This document shows positions 13,090-24,077 of a DNA stretch of 64,000 nt, one piece after another. Positions within the stretch are counted from its first letter, which is position 1, and every line of letters starts with the position of its first letter. This stretch comes from Felis catus (Eukaryota): the NCBI RefSeq assembly GCF_018350175.1, contig NC_058368.1, positions 142,354,001 to 142,418,000 of the forward strand. The letters run 5' to 3'. Position numbers and translations under genes: made by a program. The notes under the pieces were generated by a model. That model saw only the letters and a program-made list of their open reading frames with translations. It searched no databases and was not told the DNA's origin.

Positions 13090-13313
13090 GGAGGCACCTC
13101 GGTGACTCAGTCGGCTTTAAGCGTCCGACTCTTGGTTTCGGCTCAGGTCATGATCTCACGGTTCGTGGGTTCAAGCCCCACTTCAGGCTCTGTGCTGGCA
13201 GCGCAGAGCCTGCTTGGGATTCTCTTTTTCTCCCTCTCTCTCTGCCCCCTCCACACTGCGTCTCTCTCAATCTCAAAATAAAATAAATAAAAGAATACTT
13301 AAAAAAAAAAAAA
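13090..13313 (+). mobile_element. Can-SINE
   Basis: SINE body, A-tail, TSD cagcatttctagga. Confidence 0.93.
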
Positions 13314-13394
13314 GGCAGCATTTCTAGGAAACATAAAAAAAATACTAAAACCTGCCAAGAAAGCAGACACACTTTAGTAGCCAAAGAACTACCA

Positions 13395-13600
13395 CTTATT
13401 ATTTACCGTGTGCCAACTGTGCTTAAGCCTTTCTTCTCATATATTATCTAATTTCATCCACAAAACAACCCTGAGGGTTGTACTACTATTATACCCATTT
13501 TATAAGTGAGAAAAAAGGTTTAGAGAATGAGGTACATCACTAGACATTTCACAGCCACTGTAAGGGAGGTCAGGACTGACCCAGGAGCAGGTGAGGCTTG
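13395..13600 (-). mobile_element. MIR SINE
   Basis: caaaacaaccctgaggg...tattatacccattttataagtgagaaa, reverse MIR core. Confidence 0.7.
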
Positions 13601-15594
13601 ACGTCTAATCGCTGCTGGGACTGGAAAACTGAACACCAAGGGCATCTGTGCATAGGGATTTCGGAGGTGTCAGAGTGGTGCCCACCAGTAGGCTAGACCT
13701 TGAAGGCAAATCCTGTATCTGGGTTAACTTAATAGTCAATACGTGTATTTGATTGTTATTTTTAAGTAAATGAGATTTTGAGATTTCCACTGAGACAGCA
13801 AATTCTTTCACACCCACTTCTAAGTTCAAAATATCCAGATTTTGATGATTTATGTTACACTTTCTATAGGCAATGAGGCCACACAAACCTAAAGCCCGTT
13901 TATTCTTTAAAATTAGTCGTAACAAAGGAACACGCTTACAACAGCTTGTCATTTTTCTTCTAGTTACATTTTACGAAAGTGTCACTTTTGCCAAAATGAA
14001 AGTTGTAAGGACAAACACGGTGTGAGTCGATTTCCCAAGAATGCTTCTGTTGCCCTGGCAACAGCTCCTTTCTCACCGTTTGTTCCAACATCACATAGAT
14101 CCAGGGCTGAGAAATGGGTTGTGGGGAGGGGAAAGACTGATGCTCACAGCTGCAACAAGTCCTTGGCTGAGGCTGGGGCTGGGGCTGAGCAGATGCTATC
14201 ACATACTGGCTGACAGGAGAGAAAGCAAGTCAGCGGTTTCAGACACGGGGGGGCAACTTTCTCAGCTGTAGATTCAAGGACCGTGGCTGCCGTGGCTGCC
14301 GCCTTGCACTACCTGGTAGAGACCTCCACGAGGAAGGGAAGAGCCCACTGAGCATCCCTTACAGATGTGCCGCCTGCCCCGAAACATGAGGGAGTCGCCT
14401 GCTGAGTGCTTGGTCCATCTTCCCCGTGATTTCTGCTCCAAGAGGGGCGCTGCCATGCTGGCAGGAGAAAACAAACTACTTCCTGTACTTCAGTTCTTAG
14501 CCTTAGATCGGTAGGCCCTGGAGAGGTAGTCTGACTACACAGGAATCCCGGCCGCTTGCCAATTCCAATTTTTAAGTAATTTCAGACTTTCTGGGGTGCT
14601 CTGTGTATGCACGGGGAACATAAGCAATAAAGATGGGGAGAAAGTTCTCTTAGAAAATCTAGACTTTGGGAATTGGACAGGTGACAAACAGACTGGCACC
14701 TCAGGTATGCTCCTACTTCCTTCTTTTCAACCATCCTTCCCAGAGGCCTGACACGGCCAGAAAGAGAAAAGTCAGGAGTAGTTAACTGGAGTGTATGAAT
14801 AATACCTAAGATACGTACTGGTCTTTGTGCCAGAATGAATCTTCTTGCCATCTATGTGAAATAGCAAACAAGAGCACCAAAAGATGTGCTGGACCAACCC
14901 TCATTCTTAGAGATCAAATTTGCTGGACTAACACCTTATTAAGAACTGCACGTGAACAGTAAGACTGAAAGGGTATCTACAGGTTGCTTTTGAATGAGTG
15001 TAAAAGACGGCTTGTGGTGTTACTCCCTCCCCGCCTCCAAGAGGCCCCACTCGTACTATAAATGGCCACTGATTTGCTAGAAGGCACTAAGTTTCTCAGG
15101 ATGAAAAGCATTCTTAGGGATGATAAGCCAGGAGTTTTGCCTGCATACCAGTGCTTCGATAAAATTCAGAGTAAAGGCATGAATCATCAAGGATGAGGAA
15201 GCACAACATAGTAAGGAAAATTTACGCAGAAATCCACTTCTCTGGTCAACCAGGGCGCTTAGCCAGGATTAATGAATTGTGTATGCTGCCTTCCCTTCAT
15301 CTACATGTTTATTCTGGCTTTTCAAAAGCCTTTGGTAAGAGTTCTCAGCCAAAGTTTTAAGATATACACGGCATATATGCACATGTGTGCACTGCCTGAG
15401 GCACTGTGTGTCCCACGGCAGTAAAGGAGGGGCATTTCTCTGACAAGAAAAGATGAATCTGATTTAACATTTCTGGGAGGTAAAACACCAAGCTGAAGGG
15501 GATGAACTGCAGATTCCAGAAGTGAATCAAAAAGGGGATAATGAGCTTCACAGAATCAAAAATCTAAGATAAGGTCATATTTTCCAATCTCCCT

Positions 15595-15805
15595 ATTTTT
15601 TAAAACTTTTAATGTCTATTTATTTTTGAGAGAGAAAGCATGAGAGGGAGAGGGACAGAGAGAGACAGAGACACAGAATTCGGAGCAGGCTCCCAGCTCT
15701 GAGCCGTCAGCACTGAGCCCGCCCCCGGGGCTCGAACTCACAAGCTATGAGATCATGACCTGAGCCAAGCTGGCTGCTTAACCAACTGAGCCACCCAGGC
15801 ACCCT
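15595..15805 (-). mobile_element. Can-SINE (felid type)
   Basis: Reverse SINE with TSD caatctccct. Confidence 0.93.
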
Positions 15806-17326
15806 GCAATCTCCCTGATTTTGAGAAGAGGAATGCAAAAGTCCAGCAAGGTGGCACATTGATCTCAAGCAAAACTGAAAATCAGAATCCTGGTCTCCCA
15901 AATTCTGTGAGTGCGTAGGAGTGCCTGAGTCATTCGTGGTAAGGCTATTCCTCTCAGATCAAGAGATGAAGGCCTTGAGAGTATCCCCCAATGCAGGCAG
16001 ATCAGGACTGGGGAGCAGGTCGTCTATTTATCTCTCTAGGCCCCTTATCTACCAACCTCCACACACACATATATATGTGGGCTCCTCTAAGACAGGAGAA
16101 ACAGAAAACATGAACTTATCAGTTGTTTGGAACCTAACTGTTGGCTGATCTGCTGATTTGGAAGCCAGCCCTGCTGAGCTCAATTAGGCAGACTAGAGTT
16201 AATTCAGTTGGGGTCTGTTTCTTTACAGGCCTGGACACCAGGCTCCGTGTTTCTCTTCACCGTCCAAGAGTCCCACATACAAAGCTTTAGGATTTGCTGG
16301 GGGATGAGTCACCTGTGCACTTCAGTTAGGGTTGCAGGTGGATTACTGTTCTCCTGTTAGAGATCAGATTAATAAATTCTTTGGTTGTAATCGTTCAAAA
16401 AGTGATTTTTTTTCCCTGAAAAGTCAAAGCACGATTCTATTCCTTTAGTTCCTCGAGGATGTCTACAAACTGCCCCATCTGTGTCTACGTGTGTGTATTT
16501 CTGCCAACCAGAACAAAGCCCTTGAGCCTAGACAGACAGACTGATTGACACCCTCTCTGTTCAGGATCCACCTTTCAAACCCTTACGGGAAAGGCTATGA
16601 AAGTGCTAGTGGGCATTGAAGTTTTCTCGCAGCTCACAGCTGCCCCTCTGGGATCACTTTTCTTTCCACCAGTTTCTAACAAGCTCATTAGTGAGAAATT
16701 CCCTGAAAGTGGAACACTTAGTTTGTATTTTCTGATCCGAATGCAGAGAACGTTCTGTCAGGCTCCAGGAGACAGACAATTTAAACCAGAACATTATTAA
16801 ACACAGAGCAGCTGATACTAATTCCTTCCCAGCCTGCAGCTTCTCCTCCTAAAGCTGAAATCATCCTGCGGTTGGGGATGGGGATGGGGCTGGGCGGGTG
16901 GCAGGACCAGGCTCACTGCCTTGGAACGAACGCCCCACACTCACATTCCTTCCCAGCACAGAGCGCCTGCTGCAGGTGGGCCTCTCACACCATGTTTCCA
17001 AAAGGGGATGCACTGACGTGGAAAGCATGCTTTTAATTTAACGGGAAGAGCAAAAACCAGGAGAAGTTACTCAAACAAAATCCAACGGCTCAGAACCCAA
17101 GGAAATAAGCACTGAAGAAATACGTGAAATACAGAACAGGGGACAGTGTAACGGGGAAACGGGAGCGATGAGGGGAGCACACGCCTGTTGCGCGGGAACA
17201 CTCTTCACACAGCAAATCCGGACAGAAGCCGGTCTTCAAAACGGGCAGGAAAGGAATGCAGCAGGGGGTGCGCGGCACATGCGAAGCCCGGTGCCCGGGT
17301 CCCCTCCCTCTTCCCTGCACGCTTAC

Positions 17327-17756
17327 CTGCGATTCCTTGCAGCAGCCCGCAGACGTTGAAAATACTTTTCTTCATGATGCTCTGCACACACATGGTGAAG
17401 ACGGACACCAAGGCCACCGTGCAGAGAATGAAGATGCCCACGGCCAAGAAAATAGCCGTGGCCTGCCAGAAGCCACTGGCGATCTCGCCGAAGTTCTCTG
17501 CGTAGGGCCCGCACAGCGTCTCCCGCTGCACGTGCTGCACGCCCGGGTTGCGGATGCAGCGGGCATAGATGCCCAAGGTCGGGTGGTAGGGCTCCGACGA
17601 GCCTCCGCTCTGGTCGTCGGGCGCGGCGCCGCTGCGACTCTTGGCTTTTCCAATCAGCCAGTCGGCGCTCATGAAGGCGATGAGCTCTGCAAAAGCCACC
17701 ACAATACTCAGGAGGGTCCAGAGCATCGAGCGACAGGTGACAATAACATGACACAT
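17327..17756 (-). CDS. LHFPL2: LHFPL tetraspan subfamily member 2, first coding exon (codons 1-143 plus 1 nt, phase-1 donor); partial CDS, remainder not found in window
   Basis: Translation [36 protein letters not shown]...[17 protein letters not shown]...[32 protein letters not shown]...[15 protein letters not shown] matches the LHFPL2 N-terminus as I recall it: TM1, claudin/PMP22-like W...GIY..C...C loop, TM2, start of TM3. ATG at 17756 has A at -3. An in-frame TGA lies upstream at 17865-17867. Donor GCAG|GTAAGC follows 17327. Confidence 0.96.
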
Positions 17757-17827
17757 ATTGATGTTCCAGGCGGAAAAGTCAGGAGTCCACGGGGTGAATA
17801 ATAAAAGCAGGCCGGGGGGAAGGAGGC

Positions 17828-17926
17828 TCAGGCGGCCGCAGAAGGAAGTCGCTGCTCCGGGCGCTCACTCCCACAGCCTGGGGCTCCCTCTGGCCGGCCT
17901 GTGGCAGCGCGGGCCGGGGCCGTCAT
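17828..17926 (-). other. uORF2 (32 aa, [32 protein letters not shown]) in LHFPL2 5'UTR
   Basis: ATG overlaps the uORF1 stop (ATGA), A at -3, TGA at 17830-17828, out of frame with the main ORF. Confidence 0.5.
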
Positions 17927-17934
17927 GCTGCCAT
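17923..17934 (-). other. uORF1 (Met-Ala-Ala-stop) in LHFPL2 5'UTR
   Basis: GAC-ATG-GCA-GCA-TGA, with G at -3 and G at +4. Translation is not demonstrated. Confidence 0.55.
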
Positions 17935-19510
17935 GTCAGAGCTCCGAGCGCGGCCTCACCTACGGGAGGGAAGGGAGGAGGGGGGTTAGCAGCGCCCAGG
18001 CTCCGCCCCGCGGCGCCGCCGCCGCCAGCAGACTCGCGGGTCCCGGAGCCCCAGTGCGCTGGCCAACAGGCTGCTCCCGCGCGGCCGCCCTTCCCCGCCC
18101 TCCCGGCCGGTGCCGCCACTCCGACCTCTTTCCCCCGACAGAACCCAGCTGTAGCCGATCCGGGGCCGGAGCCGCCGTTCGCAGCGCACTTAACTGGTTT
18201 TCTTTGTTTCCAGTCGTCCCTTCCCGTGCTCTCGCACCGCGCTGGTTCCCTTATCTCCGGGCAGCACAACTCCAGGCCAGTGCCCGTTCCCGCACCCACC
18301 CCAGGCGCACCCTTTGGCACAGGAGCTCGTGCCCGAGCTGCTGCACCCTTGGGATGTGTGGCTCCTGCTCCGTCATCTCTCACTCGAAAACGTCAAACAG
18401 CAGGGAGATCCAGCAACAACTAGATGGGACTTCCAGTCAACCTTGCCAACAGACTGGCTATGTTTTGATAGAGCTTACGGGACCCTCTGCCTGCTGTCTT
18501 GGTACTAAATGAGCTAAGTTTTGACAAACTTGCACCAAAAGATTTTGGTTAAAGATAGAGAGTAGCAACACCCACTTGTATTGCTGGGAATCAAATTAGT
18601 AGCACAGACACAAGAGTATCAGCTTCATAGGTGCATGAGGATACAAAAGGAAACAATGCTCTGAAAAACTACAAAACACTGCTCCCCAAACTTATTTTTA
18701 TTCATTTCTCACAGGGTGATTTCTGGACCAAAACAACTACACTAATTAAAACTCAAGAAGGAGAAAAGAAAACCTTGAAGAGTTCATGACTTACTCATTT
18801 GGGGAAATTATTCAAAACAGAGGCATGAATGACCACTGACTAAGTGTCATTACCACTGAGTGGACTTGTTGACAACAGAAACTTGCGTATGAAGAATGTG
18901 TTCCTTGAACTGTCCCAATTCATCCCATGCGCCTCTGCCTGAGCTTTGATTCACCCCAGGTCTGCAACTCAACATGCCCATTGTTTCTGGTCTCACAAGG
19001 GCTCATTCTGTTCCCAGGGACAAATGGCTTCATAACCAGAGGGCTTTGCTCTAACAGCCCAAACCTCTTTCAGAGGGGCCTGAACCCTGAAACAGGGGTA
19101 CAGTGCTCATCGGCAGCCCCATCTGCTACCCGTTCTCCAAGGTCAGAAAGAATCGCACAGTTCACATCTGACATCTGGGTGCAAGGCTCTGTTCTGAGTG
19201 ATGAGATCTTATTAACTGAGGTCACGTCAACTGCACAAGAACCACAAAGAGCCCTCTGGCATGCTGGCAGTGGGGTGGGGCCAGGAGATGTTGAAGAGGA
19301 AGGCAAGTGGGGAAAGAAGGAAGCCCAGAGTCAAAGCGTCAAAGCTTCTACACCATGCTGGTTGACAAGGTGTAGCGACAGAGAACTACCTACCTCATAA
19401 AACACAGTACATTTAAAAATCCTCAGGTCATTACAGTTACACAAGATGCTGTTTGGGGAAATTACCTAGCACAGTACTAAAAACACAGGCCATTAATGAC
19501 TGTCTGTGAG

Positions 19511-19531
19511 TGTGTGTGTGTGTGTGTGTGT
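19511..19531. repeat. (TG)10 microsatellite
   Basis: Direct read. Confidence 0.9.
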
Positions 19532-21438
19532 AACGCAGCTCTGAGCGCTGGGGAAGGGAGAAGTGCGTTTCACCCCAAAAGTTTTGGAGTCCATCAGGTC
19601 TGGGTTCCAAAAACAGCCCCACCACCAACTGGCATGTGGACGCCTAGTTCTCAGAGCTGCAGCTTTCCTCACCTACATGGAAACAGTAAGGTATCCCGCT
19701 TCGAGAAACTATCAAGAATCTGTTAGACCTCAGGGTCTGGCAGAACAAACACTCACTAAATAGCAACTCCTTTCCCTTAGAAGCCTTTCCTCCAACATGG
19801 AGGACACTGATCCGATAACAAGTTAACTGCTGGAAGTGCTCTGCCCATCACAGAAACTTGGCTATTTACACACAATCAAAGATTAAGCACAGGCTATTTA
19901 GAGACCAAGGGAGGAGGTCACTCGTGTCAGCCTCCCCGGTGGGCTTCTTGGGAGGGTCCTGGTCTTCCTACTTCCCCACTGCCTACCCTGCTGCCAAACT
20001 CAACTGTGAAATAAATTAGCATGAGGCCAGAAGCAGAATCTACTCCCACTCGTTGATCTCACCCCCACTCGACCCCAAATACCACCACAGAGAAATGCCT
20101 TTTGAGAAAAGAGTTACCAACACAAAAAAGCTTTGGGGGAGATTGTTTAGAATGAAACAATCATTGTGAATGAGAACAAGAAACAAGCCCCTGATGACTC
20201 CCGGAGGCCCCATGAGCTGCACCCACCTGCCCGCCCGCCAGGCTCACAGATGCTTTGAATCAACAGGTGGAACGCCAGCCCATGAGGAGAAGACGAGGCT
20301 TCTACAAAGTCTTTCCATTTGATTAGACGACTAGCTCACTGATGTGCCAGCTGATCTCAATCCCTGCTCCTCTTCTGTTGAATGGGAAAATTTCAATGTG
20401 AATATAAAACCTCTATGTGTCTGTCCTCTTGCAGAGCCTCAGGACTCTGCTGCAACCTCTCAAATGACCTGGATTGTAATGAACGTGCCAAATGTCCACT
20501 GTGCTGGTCAGCAAACTTGGCTCAGAGTCAGGCTCGCAATCAGACTGCTATTTCTGAAGAGAAAGGATGTGAAACTTTGGGAGAACAGAAAGCAGCACAT
20601 TCAGGCTTAGCAAACGGTCCATGCCACATTTAGGGCGGAATTATTTAGGGAGCCATGTGCTTAAGTTCACAAAACATAGTTCTCTGTCCATCCATGCCAC
20701 AACAATCCCCTATCTACTGCACCAAATTCTCACACCCATGCCAGCGTGGCTGGAATGAGGCTTTTATTCTTCTGTTTGGAACAGGGAGATAACATGCTTT
20801 GGTCTCTCCAGCCAAGTTTGCTAATTACTACTATAAGTAGAATAGCCATGCTACGCACGGCTGACTGACTGGCTTTCCTGTGCATCCAAGAAAAGTCCTC
20901 AGGTCGATGGCACAACGGACAATCTGGAAAGGCATCAAGTCTGTGCTCTGTACAGCGTCCCAGTTTGGTCATGTCACATGTGCAAGGACAGGCACCTGCT
21001 GGGACAAAATCCACAGCAAAGGGGAAACAGATCCTCCTTGTAGATCTTGTTAACTGTCGGGATTCCAGCACAGAGCTCCTCAATATGCTATCCACTGCTA
21101 TTCCCTGTAATCCCTGCTTCTCCAAAACTCACTTAATTGACATTCCATGTAAAAGTCTTCTCTCCATAGGCCACTAAGTACATTTCCACTCCAGGACGGC
21201 TGAGTTTACATCACTTCCCTGATGGTCATGGATAATCTGGACGGTCCTCTGACTTTCTGGAAATGATGCTATGATTATCACAAAGGCCCACAGAGTAAAG
21301 CCTCTTAGCAAGCAATAAGAAGAAAACAAAAACAACCAAAAAGAGAATCCTGCAGAAACCTACAGTAACCTGCAGCAATATTACAGTCAGAATGCAGAGC
21401 AAGGGGAAACTGATTCATGGTTTGGCTATGGAAGTCAC

Positions 21439-21441
<3 letters not shown>

Positions 21442-21484
<43 letters not shown>
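21442..21484. repeat. (AT)~21 microsatellite
   Basis: Direct read. Confidence 0.95.
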
Positions 21485-21491
<7 letters not shown>

Positions 21492-21520
21492 ATATACACA
21501 CAGCCCTCATATTTATAAAC

Positions 21521-21728
21521 TTTTTCAATTTTTTTTTTTTTTTTTTTTGAGAGAGCATGAGTAGGGGCAGGGAGGCGGGGACAGAGAGAGGAGAGAGAGA
21601 ATCCCAAGCAGGCTCTGCACTGTCAGCACAGAGCCCAATATGGGGCCCAATCTCACAAATCATGAGATCATGATGCAAGCCAAGATCAAGAGTCAGACAC
21701 TTAACCAACTGAGCCACCCAGGTGCCTC
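21521..21728 (-). mobile_element. Can-SINE (older subfamily)
   Basis: Long T tail, reverse head, TSD core agccctcat. Confidence 0.93.
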
Positions 21729-21754
21729 AAAGCCCTCATCTTTAAAACAAGGAT

Positions 21755-21989
21755 GGGGCGCCTGGGTGGCGCAGTCGGTTAAGCGTCCGACTTCAACCAG
21801 GTCACGATCTCGCGGTCCGTGAGTTCGAGCCCCGCGTCAGGGTCTGGGCTGATGGCTCAGAGCCTGGAGCCTGTTTCCGATTCTGTGTCTCCCTCTCTCT
21901 CTGCCCCTCCCCCATTCATGCTCTGTCTCTCTCTGTCCCAAAAATAAATAAACGTTGAAAAAATAAATAAATAAATAAAATAAATAAAT
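21755..21989 (+). mobile_element. Young SINEC_Fc-type Can-SINE
   Basis: Near-identical to the 12660 copy; (AAAT)n tail; perfect TSD aaaacaaggat at 21744-21754 and 21990-22000. Confidence 0.96.
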
Positions 21990-22279
21990 AAAACAAGGAT
22001 GAAGTTAGTAAGCCGAGCCCAGCTGGGTTTGTACCTTCCACCACGGGGTCCTCTCTTTCGCAGCTTCCTGCTGTCAGTAAGAAGGGAAGAAGGTACGGGT
22101 GAAGCAAGATCGCCCTGGGCCGGCTGGTCAGGAAACCACAACAGAAATGAAGAAGCCGAGGGAAAGGACTTCACTGCGAGGCGCACATCACCAGAGCATG
22201 CCCCCGTTACTAGAGCAGCAAAGGCCAGGACAGAGTTTTGCTTGTTCACCTTGCTTGTTCACCCTGGTTCTCTTTTGCT

Positions 22280-22930
22280 GCTTTATTATGGAAATCGTCA
22301 AACAGAGATACAAGCTGAAAAGAACAGACTATGAACATTCAGATTCAACGCCAGTATACAGCCTCACTCTACCACTCGGCCTTTTTCTTCCTAAGCCATG
22401 TGAAAACAAGCCACAGATATCTTGACACTTGAACCCTAAACACTGTAATACGCTTCCTAAAAATAAAGACATTTTCCTACAAAACCACAATGAAATTAAC
22501 ACACCCCAAAAAACTGACAATACCTCCCTTATATCCAAAGCCTAGTGCACACTCAAATTTCCCTATCCTGCCCCATTTTTTACAGCTGTTTTCTTAAAAC
22601 CATGACTCAGTCAAGACTCATGCGCTGCATTTGGCTTTGTGTCTGTAGTTTCTTTTAGTAAAAAATAGTCCTTTCACCTCTAACCCTGTTTGCATTGTTT
22701 CCCTTGACACTGACTTTTTTTTTTTTTTTTGAGGATACCAGGCCATTTGTACTCTAGAATACCCAACAATGTAGATTTGTCTATATCCTCATGCTGTCAT
22801 TTAAAGTTGTTCTCTATCCCCTGCTTTATAGAAACGAGGTTAAATCTAAAGGCTAGTTTAGAATCACCTTAAATATTTTGGTGAGACTTCTTTGTAGGTG
22901 ATGCCGTATTTGTTATTCCTGCTATATCAC
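22280..22930 (-). mobile_element. Ancient L1 (L1MC4/L1MC5-like) 3' fragment
   Basis: ctttattatggaaat..caaaca...aaaccacaat..aattaacacacc...ctcaaatttccc...tgcatttggc resembles a reverse L1MC 3'UTR. Confidence 0.65.
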
Positions 22931-23061
22931 ATTTGGGAGGAACAATACTTAGCTATACCTCAGAATCAGAATAATTTTATACATATATGGACATACATGA
23001 ATATGTACGTGTGTGTGTGTGTATCTTTGTACACATACATATATAGAAAGCAAGACAGACA

Positions 23062-23282
23062 GGGGCGCCTGGGTGGCTCAGTCACTTAGGTGTCCGACTC
23101 TTGGTGTCGGCTCAGGTCGTGATCTCGCGGTTTCATGAGTTTGAGTCCCACAGTGGGCTTCTCACTGGCGGTGCGGGGCCTGCTTGGTGTTCTCTGTCTC
23201 CCTCTCTCTCTCTCTGCCCTCCCCCCCACTTTTGCTGTCTCTGTCTCTCTCAACATAATTTAAAAAATAAACTTTAAAAAAA
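23062..23282 (+). mobile_element. Can-SINE
   Basis: GGGGCGCCTGGGTGGCTCAG head; TSD aagacagaca. Confidence 0.93.
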
Positions 23283-23829
23283 AAGACAGACACACGACGT
23301 ACCCAGGGTCCTCTCTGGCCCTGACCAACCAGAATTCTGATGAGGGAGCACACAAAAGCCTGGCTGGGTGAGCTCTGTATGTTTCAAAGAGCTCCTTGGG
23401 TGAGTTCTGAAGCCACTGCTGAGAAGCCCTGTCTTAAAAAAATGCCATTCCAGCCATCCCAGAAGCTTAAAGCTCTTTACCGAAGGGATTTTACTTCTAA
23501 GAAATATTTGCTGTATTTCTTTGAAATGGAACCACATTTTATATACTACTTATGAAAACACAGAAATACCTGCAAACCTGGGGAGTAAGACACAACTCTG
23601 AAGAGCCCTTTTCAGGAGGACTGACTTGAGCCAACAGAGCCTGGGTTGTGCGTGAAAGAAGGAGGGGGCATCTTTCCTCTAACTTCAGAGCCCTCCCTCT
23701 CAAAAAGGACAGATCTGGGCTCCCTGAAGCTTCCCTCCAGCCTTGCTCTCTTCCTACCACCCCTGCCCTCAGCCAGTCTGGACGGAGCATCAGGTGCTGG
23801 CAATGCCAGGTTGAGCAGAGGCCACTAAA

Positions 23830-24077
23830 CTGTGAGAGTGTCTTAAGAGCTTTGTACACAGACTCAAGATCCAATCTCAGCTCTGCCACTAAATAGCTGT
23901 GTGTCCTGGGGCAGGCTATTTAGATTTAACCTCCGCCAGCCTCAGTTTCCTCATCTGCAAAAAAGAAAGCAACATCTTCTTCCAAAGGCGGCCATGAGGA
24001 TTAAAGGAGATGGCATATGGAGAATAATCAGCATATCGTCCCGTTCATTGTGCTTAACATACGTTAGCTATTATTAA
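23830..24077 (+). mobile_element. MIR SINE
   Basis: ctctgccact..agctgtgtgtcctgggg...gcctcagtttcctcatctgcaaaa...gttagctattatt. Confidence 0.85.

Larger units (their letters stand above)
1..17326 (-). other. LHFPL2: LHFPL2 intron downstream of the first coding exon (3' end not found in window)
   Basis: Begins with the GTAAGC donor. I did not find the remaining LHFPL2 C-terminal coding sequence in 1-17326. Repeat-rich. Confidence 0.75.
17327..17959 (-). other. LHFPL2: Complete LHFPL2 internal exon (633 nt; 5'UTR part 17959-17757)
   Basis: Minus strand reads GCTAAC (branch-point-like), then CCCCCTCCTCCCTTCCCTCCCG-TAG|GTGAGG at 17960/17959; donor CAG|GTAAGC at 17327/17326. Confidence 0.85.
17150..18340. 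promoter_or_regulatory. Intragenic CpG island over the LHFPL2 exon and its acceptor, with GC boxes
   Basis: Dense CpG and high GC (e.g. CCGCCCCGCGGCGCCGCCGCCGCC near 18003-18026), Sp1-type CCGCCCC near 18003 and CCCCGCCC near 18093, against CpG-depleted flanks. Confidence 0.85.

Noticed and set aside
14436..14454. CTCF-like CCAAGAGGGGCGCTG
   Set aside because: Spacing does not fit the CCASYAGRKGGCR consensus.
17205..17326. ORF-track extension of LHFPL2 to 183 aa (GKRAGKREG...)
   Set aside because: Read-through past the GTAAGC donor into the intron; similarity to LHFPL2 stops at ...QGIA-G.
17256..18512. Several long overlapping ORFs on both strands (181, 143, 221, 172 and 203 aa)
   Set aside because: Expected in a GC-rich CpG island with few stop codons; low-complexity Ala/Pro/Gly/Arg products with no recognisable domain.
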